NCBI GenBank assembly: GCA_036172245.1
Contig: JAYWIR010000072.1
Span: 372,001-408,803 of the forward strand
Origin: Raillietiella orientalis
Taxonomy: Eukaryota
Reading direction: 5' to 3'
DNA: 36,803 nucleotides
This document shows positions 24,801 through 34,920 of the stretch, in pieces. The notes beneath the pieces were generated by a model, which worked only from the letters and a program-made list of their open reading frames with translations, ran no database searches and was not told the DNA's origin. The position numbers were made by a program, and so were the translations under genes. The number at the start of each line of letters is the position of its first letter. The stretch's first letter is position 1.

Positions 24801-25423
24801 CAAAATAGCGGGAGTCAGTAAGCTCCTCGGCAGCTGGACGACAAAGGAGCTGGTGCAAGCCGCCACACCTCGGAATCGGGCGAAGGGACTGCTTCGGTGG
24901 AGCGAACATTTCAGTGTGCCCCCCCGGAGAGATAGTGGTTCCCCCCGTTTGTTTGGACAGCTCCGTGTTCCCCCTTAAGTGGAAACAAGATGTGCTGCTC
25001 TTTTTACATTGTGCATTTCACTGTAATAGGCAGCGAAGTAAAGTTTCCGGGGGAGCCGCTTTGCCAAACTGTTCAAGCTGCGGAGAGATCGAGTCTTTTC
25101 CGCACCTTTTGCTGGACTGCGGTGACCTCCTGGAACTGTGGCGAAGGCTCACTTCGGCCATCATGCCACAAGGAGGCACTGCCATTGATGTGCTGCGGCG
25201 CTTCTTCAGCAGAAATGGACTTTCGGTTGGCGCGATTGTCGCAAACATGTGTTGCGTTCGCGCCATCGTGAAGGCCCGCTACGCCCTGGAGTTGTCATCG
25301 CAGCGAAGGGAGGCTCACCTGCTTGCAGCTCAATTCATGGAGAAGGCTTCAAGGTGGTCTCATCTTCGTGACAAGGTGAATGAGGACATCACTGGCATAC
25401 ATCGCCGGTTTACACACCTTTGA
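21850..25423 (+). pseudogene. C ORF2 (EN-RT-CCHC), several stops and a frameshift
   Basis: WNVNGL, LQE, NVYAP, GDFN, SDH, NWRPITL, DLHKAFE, RQGDSLSP, YADD, CSSCGEIESFPHLLLDC. Confidence 0.94.
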
Positions 25424-25746
25424 GAACGGCGTAATCCGGTGACCCCTGCGACCTCTTGCCCACCCATACCCCGTCCCCGTTCGCTCGTTAAAATTTCCGG
25501 TGCCCATGCTTTTATCCCCGTTTCTTCCAGAGCGATCCCAAAGACCCTTATCCCGTCCTCCTTATTCATTGTTTTTATTTTATTTTGGTTTCTTTGTGTT
25601 CCTCGCTTCCCCACACCCTTCACAAAACTGTAACTCTGGCCTGCGTGCCAGCAATTTTCTTTTTATTCTTGTTCAGTCGTCGGTTGGGAGTTTGGTTCCC
25701 AACTGGTTTATTTTGTATAATTGCTTTTTCTCGTTATGTTATATGG

Positions 25747-25776
25747 AATAAACGCCCCGGCGTCAACGGGTGAGAA
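25747..25776 (+). other. 3'-terminal AATAAA plus stem-loop motif of C
   Basis: aataaacgccccggcgtcaacgggtgagaa. Confidence 0.82.
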
Positions 25777-25940
25777 ATCTCTTGCGCTTGTTCTGCAGAG
25801 ATCACGTGGATCTCCTGCAGCAGCGCAAGGTCGTAGGACTCCAGAAGGGCGGCCATGTCTCGTCTCCTGCCGGCGTCTGTCATGCCGTTCACGTTCCAAA
25901 CGGCGATGCGCAGACGACGGCGGGAGGAGATTCCCGGCAT
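25777..25940 (-). pseudogene. B1 ORF2 N-terminus (start of endonuclease), cut by the C insertion
   Basis: MPGISSRRRLRIAVWNVNGM...LLQEIHVISAEQAQEI; matches B2 from 30201 onward. Confidence 0.93.
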
Positions 25941-25954
25941 TACTGCTGGGAAGA

Positions 25955-27616
25955 TTAAGGTGTGGGGGAGCCCGCCTCTTGCCAGACGGGCGGGATGTCC
26001 ATGGGGGTTTCGGGCTTCTCAGGCACCTGAGGCACCTGTTCGGCCTCCACCCCCTCCATCCCTTCCGTGTCCGCGCGTGCGATTCTCTCGGGCGACGGGA
26101 CCCGAGAGTTTCCCACGCTCATGGCACCCTCGCTTGCGGAAGCCATCTCTTCCACTTCGACGGGGGAGACGAGCTTCCTTGGCTTTGTGGACTTACGTCC
26201 AGCCTTCTTGCGCGGTGCCGTGCAAACGGAGGCTGCGCTTCCGGCCTCCACCTCGGGGTCGGAAGTTGGGGACTCCTGAGGAGAGGCCGGACGCCTTACG
26301 GCCTTCCTGCCAGCCTTGGAGGGTTCTGGCTGCAACGAGGCTGCCAGCTCCTCCGCGGCTCGCGCGAAGGCTACGTCATCGATGGTGGTGTCGATGACGG
26401 ACGCCGCCGCCGGCTCGCTCCCCTCGCTGTTGACTGTGTCAACAGAGGGGAGGTCGTCGGTAGCCGCGAGTTCTTTCCGGCAGCGTTCGTTAACATCGAG
26501 AAGGCGTTCGACAACGACTCTGCACTCTTCAATTATCGCGCTACCCTGCTCTTTCTTCTTCTGCTGGTAGGCGATTTTCTTTTCCATCCTCCTCTCCTTC
26601 TTTGATTTTTTGGCGGTTGCCACTTGCCACTCAGTCTCCTGGCCGGCTCCCTCAACTTTTTCTGCGTTGGTCGCCGGGGTCTCCGGTGTGGCCTGGACCT
26701 TGGCCGCGGATGGCACAGCCTTCGCGGCAGCTTTCGCCGCCAGTCTTTTCTGCAGAAGCCGGGCGCGTTTTTTAAGGTTTCTCTTGGAAACCAACCGCAC
26801 TGCTGCTTTTGGGCACATTTCCCTCGTGTGGCCCATTGTGCCGCATACTTGGCACTGCACATTGGGACACCTCTTTCTGAGGTGGCCCCACGTATTGCAG
26901 AAGCCACAGTATTTCGGCTTTCCCACATACCAGAGGTCGACGGTTTCGCCTTCGACCACCAGTTTGTGGGGAACAGTGCAACCCTCCTGAACAGTCATGC
27001 GCGCAGCAGTGAGGCCGTGTTGCAGCCCCGTGAAGTCCTCGAAAGGACTAACTTTCGTCCACTGCGCGTGGACCGTTCCAAACTGTTCCAAAGCGGCGCG
27101 AACCTGTTCTTTGCGCATTCGCGCGGTCACGTTTAACAGGTGGACCACCATGCTGCGGTCCGCGGTAGTGGGGAGAAGCTTGAGCGTACCCATCACAACG
27201 GGGGTTTTAAGCAGTCGTTGAGCCAGCTCTGCATGTTTGCAGATGACTTCAACGTACTGACCCGCGCTGCGGATGGTCATAGCGCTGAGCTCCTCCTCTT
27301 TCACATCGAGAACGCGCATGCCCTTCGAGAAGGCGCGCGCTCTCTCTAAAGAATGTAAATTGCCTACCTTGTAGAACAATGAAGGGTTGTACCCCTCCTC
27401 TACATAGGCCGACAATTCCGCCGCGGCTGCAGGCGATGGCGCCGACACAACGGCGCTTCACGCCCGCGCTGCAGCAGGGACCGATCCTGTGGGGGCGCAT
27501 GCCCCCACCTCCATCTCCTCCGGGGGCGACGTTGCTGCCGCCCCCTGGCTCTCCATCGCCTCTGGGGGCGGCGTTGCCGCTGCCCCCTGGCCATTCCTGG
27601 TGCTCGCGTCAGGCAT
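25955..27616 (-). pseudogene. B1 ORF1 with two CCHC knuckles; one internal stop
   Basis: ATG at 27616 (MPDAST..) in frame with 25955..27448; TGA at 27460-27458 where H has Trp; CGFCNTWGHLRKRC and CQVCGTMGHTREMC. Confidence 0.88.
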
Positions 27617-27689
27617 TGCTGCCTGATCGACCACCGAACCACACGACGCTTCCACTGGGAGAGACTTCCTGGCACGAGGAGCACCGAGA

Positions 27690-27704
27690 AAACACGTCCA
27701 CCCT
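27690..27704 (-). promoter_or_regulatory. Conserved 5'-terminal motif of B1
   Basis: Minus strand AGGGTGGACGTGTTT(T), a few nt inside the TSD; boundaries approximate. Confidence 0.5.
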
Positions 27705-27710
27705 AGAGCG

Positions 27711-29818
27711 CACAAGGCGTTCGACTGTGTAGCCCAGAAACTTCTCTTGGAGCTCCTGGGTCGCATGAGCTTTCCACCCTCCCTGATCAACTACCTGCGC
27801 TCCTGCTGGCGCCATGCCATAATTTCCGTCTTTTTCAGCAGTCAGAAGGTGCATGGCGTACCGGTGCGGCGGGGCATCAGGCAGGGAGATAGCCTGAGTC
27901 CCCTGCTCTTCAGCACCTACTTTGAGTTGGTGCTAAGAGCCTACAGGGTGACTTTGGCCTCCTTGCCGAGCTCGTGTCCCGGCACGCTTGCCGTAGGAGC
28001 CTATGCCGACGACCTTCTGCTCCTGTTACCTATGTCTACCCCGGCGAAGGCGGTCGGAGACTTCTTCGAACTGCTCAGCCGTGGGACCGGACTGCAGGTC
28101 AACAGGGCGAAGTCGTCGGTGGTGCCAGTAGGTGCGGCGTGGGCAGGGCAGCAGGACTGGGTCCGTCTGGGGATCCCCACGGCGAGGTGCCTTAAGTACC
28201 TTGGTGTGCCGTTGGGTGACTACTCCCCTGCGGAAGCGTGGTCCAGCTGTCTTCAAAAAGTTGAGACGGCGATCGGCCCGTTCCTGGAAGGCAGGTTTCA
28301 CTTGCCAGAACAAGCCGCGGTTTGGAACGCCTTTGCGGCCCCCATCCTCCGCCCCTTGCTTTTTGTTTGCCCCGCTTCAAGAGTAGTTAAAAAGAGGACG
28401 ACGGACCTCCTTTGTATCGCCCTTTGGGGCAAGGGGAGGCCCCGAGTCCCTCTGCAGGACTTGTGCGCTCCGCGTCGGGACGGCGGCCTTGGCCTCCTGA
28501 CGCTGGAGCGGGTAAAAATCCAGCTGCGGTGGCGAACCCTCGCCATCGCAGCAAAGATGTGGAGCACCCCTTGGTGCGTTCCGGCCCGCCACCTCGCCAA
28601 GCGTGTGTCCCGATGCGAAGGACTCGCGTCGTTTCTTCTGTGCCCTGGCCGGAAGATCCGAAGATGCGGCCTTTTGCTCGGACGCAGAGCAACCTTGGCG
28701 AAGACGAACGGTTGGATGGTTTGTGGCCCCGTTAACTCCTCCGCCTGGTTTAGGATTCTGCTGGCACATGGGCTAAGCTGAACCGGAGAAGTGAAAACCA
28801 CATGAACTGCCTGCGAATCGGCCCATACGCCAACCGCTCCCTGCGGGAAATACTGGAATTTCCCCGTAGTCGCAGGTGGGCGCTGACGACTTCCCTTGCT
28901 ACGGCGATGCCCTACCTCCTGAGGGCGCTTCAGGATCGCCAGAAGCCAAGATGGCAAGTCACCTGCCAGATCGCAGGCAGAGAGAAGATGTTAAGCGGCT
29001 GGACCACAGGAGAACTGGCGGACGCCACGACCCCGAGCGTCCAGCCGCGTGGATTAATGAGATGGGGCGAGCTGCTCGCCATCTTTACGGATGTGCTGAA
29101 GTGGCCCCCGGTACTAATGGAATCCAGGATCCTGCCCCTTAAGTGGCAAGAGTCGGCGTTGCTACTGCTGCACTGGGGTTTACCCTGCAACGCACGGCGC
29201 TTCCACTGGACAAGGGGAACTGTGGATCCTGAGTGTGTCAGGTGCAGAAAGCGGGAATCGCTCTCCCACATTATTGTGGACTGCGCTGCCATCCGACCCC
29301 TCTGATAACGGTTCGGGACGACCCTCGGGCTCCCTACGGGCAGCACCCCCAGAGACGTTCTTCGGCCCCTCTTCGTGAGGGACGCACGGCACCCAGCTGC
29401 AGCCATCGCAGCCTTGTGCTGTGTCCGTGGCATCGTGGCGGCATGGAGCGACGCCAAAAACGAAGGAGTGGGTCCACACGCGAATGATGTCATCCCATAC
29501 GTCCAACGCTTCATGCGGAGAGCTGCCGGATGGCCCCAACTGGGGAATATACGGACCGACGTCGAGGGCTTCCTTCAACGGATGGGCCCTCCTCACAGCG
29601 CTCAGTGATCCCTTCCCTGCCCTCCAACTTCTTTTTGTCTGTTTATTTTTTATTTCTCTTTTTGTTTTATCCCCATCCCCCTTCGCTGCTGAGGAACGCT
29701 ACGCTGGGCTGCGTCCCGGCGTCCCGGCAGGTCCAGTGCATATGGCCGTGAGCGGGGCCTTGTACCGCGGATGTAGTGTTTTTTAAAAATAAACGCCCCG
29801 GGCATACCCGGGTGTAAA
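27711..29818 (+). mobile_element. Element E, 3' half (RT from HKAFD, CCHC finger, 3' UTR, terminal stem-loop)
   Basis: HKAFDCV, GIRQGDSLSP, YADD, YLG, CVRCRKRESLSHIIVDC; stop at 29606-29608; ends aataaacgccccgggcatacccgggtgtaaa (29788-29818). Confidence 0.92.
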
Positions 29819-30186
29819 CCTCCAAGGCTGGCAAGAAGGCCGTAAGGCGTCCGGCCTCCTTTCAGGAGTCCCCCACTTCCGAACCCGAGGTGGAGGCCGG
29901 AAGCGCAGCCTCCGTTTCCACGGTACCGCGCAAGAAGGCTGGACGTCAGTCCACAAAGCCAAGGAAGCTCGTCTCCCCCGTCGAAGGGGAAGACATGGCT
30001 TCCGCAAGCGAGGGTGCCATGAGCGTGGGAAACTCTCGGGACCCGTCGCTCGAGGGACTTCCACGCGCGGACACGGAAGGGATGCAGGGGGTGGATCCCC
30101 AACAGGTGCCTCAGGTGCCTGAGAAGGCCGAAACCCCCATGGACATCCCGCCCGCCTCCCAAGAGGAGGGCTCCCCCACACCTTAA
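29819..30186 (+). pseudogene. B2 ORF1 C-terminal fragment
   Basis: Near-identical to the end of B1 ORF1 (..ETPMDIPP..GSPTP*). Confidence 0.9.
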
Positions 30187-30200
30187 TCTTCCCAGCAGTA

Positions 30201-33200
30201 ATGCCGGGAATCTCCTCCCGCCGTCGTCTGCGCATCGCCGCTTGGAACGTGAACGGCATGACAGACGCCGGCAGGAGACAAGACATGGCCGCCCTTCTGG
30301 AGTCCTACGACCTTGCGCTGCTGCAGGAGATCCACGTGATCTCTGCAGAAGAAGCGCAAGAGATCGAACGGATCTCCGGAGGGCGGCTATGGTACAGGTG
30401 TGGGAGAGCGAAAAGTTGCGGTGTCGCCTACCTGCTTCGGCCAGCCGTCGAGGCCGCGGCTCGGGGCGTGCGGTTCGACGATCACGGTCGTGTCGGCCAG
30501 CTGACTCTCAGGTGGTCCGACTCGATCGACCTGATCGTCAGGAACATGTACGCACCGAGCGGCAAGGACCTGATAAACAGGAGGGCGAGGAAAGAGATTT
30601 TCCTTGCCCTCCGGCAAGACTGGCTGACCAAAGCAGGCGTGCGGAATGCGCATCTTGTTGCAGGCGATTTCAACGTTCGCCTGAAACCAGATGAGCAGAA
30701 TCCCGAGCGTGACCTAGTCAACAAGCTGTGCATGACGGTGCACACCTGTAATCTGTTGGCCAGTGCACCGAAGATGGAAGACAGCATTGACCACGTGTTT
30801 CTTGACGAGCACCTGTGCCCTCGCGTGGGCAGGCGCGGCAAGTTACCGTGCGAGCTTTCCGACCATCGCCCGCTAGTCCTCGAGATCCATCCGCGCGACA
30901 GGGGCCCCCCCTCGTCAGCGTGGCGTCTCCCAGGGGACTGGCTGAAGCTCCCGGACGCGGCGGAACATCTCCGCACGTTCATACAGAGCATCAGTCTGCG
31001 GACACTCCAGGATTGGGACCGCTTCAAGCGGTCGGTCCAGGAGTTCTGCGACCAGTTCCCTCTGCACCGCCTACCCACGGGTTTTGGGACCGGGGTCCGT
31101 AACGAAGGAGCCTACCTGCAGGCCCGTCGTTACGCCAGGACCCCCGACATCCGCAGGCTGGCGGAATACAAAGCGGGAGCCGAGAGGCAAGCCTGGGATT
31201 CCGAATTGGCCAGCTTACTGGACGATCAGGGCCAGGAGCACTCGGCACCTGCCCAAATCCGCGGCCTGCTGCGGAGTTACTACTCCTCCCTGTATGCCAG
31301 GGCACCTCCGGAGAGGAACGTCTCACGACTCCTGCTTCCGGAAGGCGCTCCGGCGATCGGGGAGGAGCAGAGAAAGACCCTCGACGAGCCTTTCACGATG
31401 GACGAGATCCTCTCGGCCATCGGAAAGCTCAAGAGGCGAAAGGCTCCAGGGGAGGACGGGCTGCCCGCGGAGTTTTATCAAACTTTCGCGGCTGAGCTTA
31501 CTCCCCTGGTACAGCAACTCACCTTGCTGATACGCGAAACAGGTGACGTTCCCGCCTCGTTTCGTTCGGCAAAGGTGCGGCTTCTCCCTAAGGGAGGAGA
31601 TCTGAGGAGCATGAACAACTGGCGTCCCATCACAATAGTGAATGCGGACGCCAAGTTGCTAGCAAAGGTTTGGGCAGAGCGTCTGGGACGGGTTGCCAAC
31701 ATATTTATCAGCCCGGAACAGACATATGCTGTTCCCGGGCGAAGCATGGAGGCGAACCTTTTCCTCACTTCCACCTGGCTAGAGCTGCAACATGAAAAGA
31801 GCTTGGTGCGCAGCCGGAATTCCGGTGCGTGCGCCGGCAAGGGGTTGGATGGTCGGGTGGGGGAGGAAGCCCTTGCGGTCGCAATCGACTTGCGAAAAGC
31901 ATTCGATTGCGTCGACCAGAATCTCCTTCTGGAGCTTCTAGAACGCTTGGGCTTCCCGGCCTCATTAGTGGCCTATCTGCGCTCCTGCTGGCGCGACGCG
32001 CTCATCAATGTTACTTTCAGCGAGCAGACCGTGCACGGCGTGCCGGTGCGGCGTGGGATCCGGCAGGGAGACAGCCTGAGCCCCTTGCTCTTCAGTACCT
32101 ACTTTGAGTTGGTATTGAGAGCGTACAGGGGAACTCTGGCGCACCTGCCGCACCACTGTGCCGGTACGGCGGCCGTTTCAGCATACGCGGACGACCTTCT
32201 GCTGCTGCTCCCTATGTCCACCCCGGCTACGGCGGTCGAGGAGTTCTTCGACCTGCTGCATCGGGGAACCGGTCTTACGGTGAACAGGGCGAAGTCGTCC
32301 GTGATGCCAGTTGGTGCGGCGTGGGCAGGGCAGCAGGACTGGGTCCGTTTGGGGATCCCCACGGTGGAGTACTTCAAGTATCTTGGTGTGCCGTTGGGGG
32401 ACTACTCCCCTGCGGAAGCGTGGTCCGGCTGCCTTCAAAAAATAGAGACGGCGATCGGCCCGTTCCGAGGCGGCAGGTTTTTCCTGCCTGAACGGGCCGC
32501 GGTTTGGAACACGTTCGCGGCTCCTCTCCTCCGCCCCCTGCTTTTTGTTTGCCCCCCCACAGAGAAGATTAAAAAGCGGACAAACGACCTCCTCCGTATC
32601 GCCCTTTAGGGCAACGGGGGGGCCCGAGTCCGCTTAAAGGACTTGTGCGCACCTCGTCGGGATGGTGGTCTGGGCCTCCTGACGCTGGAGCGGATGGAGC
32701 TTCAGCTCCAGTTCCGCTTGTCGGCACTCGTTCCAGAGTTGTGGTGCACCTGTTGGTGCGTCCCTGCACGTCTCCTTCTCCATCAAGCCACCGGCAAGAC
32801 GGGACTGACGTCGTTTCTTGCACTCCGTCGCCGCGTCAACCGATGCGGACTCCAGCTACGGAGGGTGGCTGCGCTGGATTGCTCACCTGTCGCCCGTTTA
32901 ACGGTAGTGCCTGGTTGCAGGAAACCGTTCGAACGTGGGGACAGTTCGGCATGCTACGCTCCCAACAGGAACGAAGGTTCCTGTTTGGGGGTTACAGAAG
33001 TTGCACGCTCCGCGAGATCCTGGAGGATCCAAAGAAGAGAGCGTGGGCAGGAAGAACCGCCCTCGCTGCTGCGCTGCCCTCCCTGATGGAAGATCTGGAC
33101 AGCGATGTTGCGGCGAAGTGGGTGGTTACAGTAACAATCTCCGGAAAGGAGAAGAAGATAGGAGAGTGGAAGACGGGCCAGTTAACAGACGCTGCGACCC

Positions 33201-33764
33201 CGAGTACGCCTCCCAATGGACTTCTGCGCTGTGGCGCGTTGCTCGATGTTCCCATTGAACATCTGAAGTGGACCCCGGTGCTCATGAACACTTCCGCCCT
33301 CCCCTTAAAATGGCAGGAGTCGGCTCTCCTGTTGCAGCACTGGGGACTCCCCTGCAACGCCCGCCGACACCACTGGACCTGGGGAGCGGTGGACCCAATT
33401 GCGTCAGGTGTGGGGAACGGGAGTCCCTCCCCCAACTGCTAGTGGATTGTGTTGCCCTTCGGCCCCTTTGTTTTCGCTTTGCCGCGGCCATCGGAATCCC
33501 CTGCACCAATTCCAGGGACGCACTTAAAGCCCTCTTGGTTGCCGACGCCCTTCGGCCAGCTGCCTCGTTAGCAGCTTTGTGCTGCTTACGCGGGATCGTC
33601 ACCGCTTGGAGCAAGGCTACTGGAGGACAACGCGACCAGGGTGCCATCCAGCCAGCCTCCCAGTTCCTGAGGAGGGCGTCTCGATGGCCCCACCTGGATC
33701 CAGGAATACAGAAGGAGCTTGCCGGCATCCTGCAAAGGATGCAACGGCCCCATAGCAAATGTGA
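30201..33764 (+). pseudogene. B2 ORF2 (EN-RT-CCHC); open for 802 aa, then a stop and frameshifts
   Basis: All EN and RT motifs intact in 30201..32609; TAG at 32607-32609; short deletion near 32877 relative to B1; CVRCGERESLPQLLVDC. Confidence 0.95.
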
Positions 33765-33982
33765 TCCCTTCCCTTACCCTCCCTAATTTTCTTTTCTTTT
33801 TTGTTTTGTTTTTTGCTTCTCCCCCTCCCCCCTGCTGTTGTGGTGGACCGTACCGGTCCGCGAACCGTTTACCCGGCAGGCTCTGTGTTTCTTCGTGCGT
33901 AGCTGTTGCAATGGTCCAGCCACCGCACGTCTTTGTAAAAGTTTCTTTTACAATATACGCCCCGGCGAAATCCGGGTAAAAA

Positions 33983-34822
33983 TCGAATGCTTTGTGTAAA
34001 TCGACCGCGACGGCAAAGGCTCCCGCCATGTCCATCCTACCCTCTGCCCGATCTTCTTGGTCAGAGGGGGGCGCGAAGCTCCCTTGACCGTCCTGTGCAA
34101 CGCGTTGTCGCAACTGCCACCATGAGCTGGCGAGGAGCAGGTTGGCCTCTATGGTTCGTCCGGGAACAGCGTAGGTCTGCTCGGGACTCACCACGCAAGC
34201 GGCCACCCGCCCCAACCGCTCAGTTCACAACTTGGCATACAACTTTGCGTCAGCATTCACTACTGTGATGGGACGCCAGCTGCCAATGTTGCGTAAGTCT
34301 CCTGACTTCGGTAGGAGACGTACTTTAGCTGACCGGAACGAGGCGGGAACTTCGCCGTGTTCGCGGATCAGCGCACTTAACCTGAGCACCAGGGGGGCCA
34401 GCTCTGGCGCGAAGCGATGGTAAAACTCCGCGGGCAGGCCGTCCTCCCCTGGTGCCTTCCTTCTCTTGAGCCTGTTGATGGCGGAGATGTTCTCCGCCAT
34501 CGTGAACGGTTCCGCCAATCTGGAACGGTCCTCCTCCTTGAGCGCGGGAGCACCATCCGGCAGCAGGCGCTGCGCGAAATGGCGCTCAGGTGTTAGTGGC
34601 GCGTTCAAGGAGGAATAAAACTCCCACACGATGCGGCTTACCTGGGCTGGGCTGGAGCGTTCTTGGCCCTGATGATCCAGCAGGCAGGCCGAGCCTGACT
34701 GCCAGGCCTGCCTCTCCGCGTCAGCCTTGAATTCTGCCAGGCGACGGACGTCGGGACGCCTGGAATAGCGGCGGGCCTGAAAGTATGCCCGCTCATTCCT
34801 GACACCCTCGCCGAATCCCCGC
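33983..34822 (-). pseudogene. Element G, ORF2 internal fragment (EN-RT linker to RT DLHKAFD), cut by H and B2
   Basis: RGFGEGV, KAPGEDGLPAEFY, SWRPITVVNAD, PEQTYAVPGR, AVAVDLHKAFD; distinct in sequence from A, B, C and E. Confidence 0.92.
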
Positions 34823-34920
34823 TGTGGAGAGCGGACGTGCTTTTCCTGCGCTCCGCCTGCGTGGCAAAGCGAGTGTTTTTTCTTCTTGAGTGATTTGTGC
34901 GTGCACATCGTCGGTGTCCG

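Larger units (their letters stand above)
16339..25776 (+). mobile_element. Non-LTR retrotransposon copy C, full length (~5.9 kb of own sequence), related to family A, interrupted by D
   Basis: 5' motif AGTGCAGACGTGTTT at 16345-16359, ORF1, ORF2, 3' stem-loop, 12-bp TSD. Confidence 0.93.
12692..27710 (-). mobile_element. Non-LTR retrotransposon copy B1, full length (~5.6 kb of own sequence), interrupted by C
   Basis: 5' motif near 27704, ORF1 27616-25955, ORF2 split at 25777/16338, 3' stem-loop at 12692-12722, 14-bp TSD. Confidence 0.93.
29819..33982 (+). mobile_element. Non-LTR retrotransposon copy B2; the 5' part of ORF1 is not adjacent (displaced by E or truncated)
   Basis: Begins mid-ORF1 (PSKAGKKAVRR, matching B1 at 26322); ORF2; 3' motif aatatacgccccggcgaaatccgggtaaaaa at 33952-33982. 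Confidence 0.93.

Noticed and set aside
3935..34227. Many in-frame stops at Trp positions (TGA at 12549, 13763, 16963, 27458, 29303, 34225; TAG at 3935, 13445, 32607), suggesting an alternative genetic code or editing
   Set aside because: Both TGA and TAG occur, sister copies have TGG where they can be compared (A2 for 3935, B2 for 13763), and frameshifts coexist. Ordinary G-to-A decay explains it; a mutation-spectrum count would be needed to claim RIP- or APOBEC-like bias.
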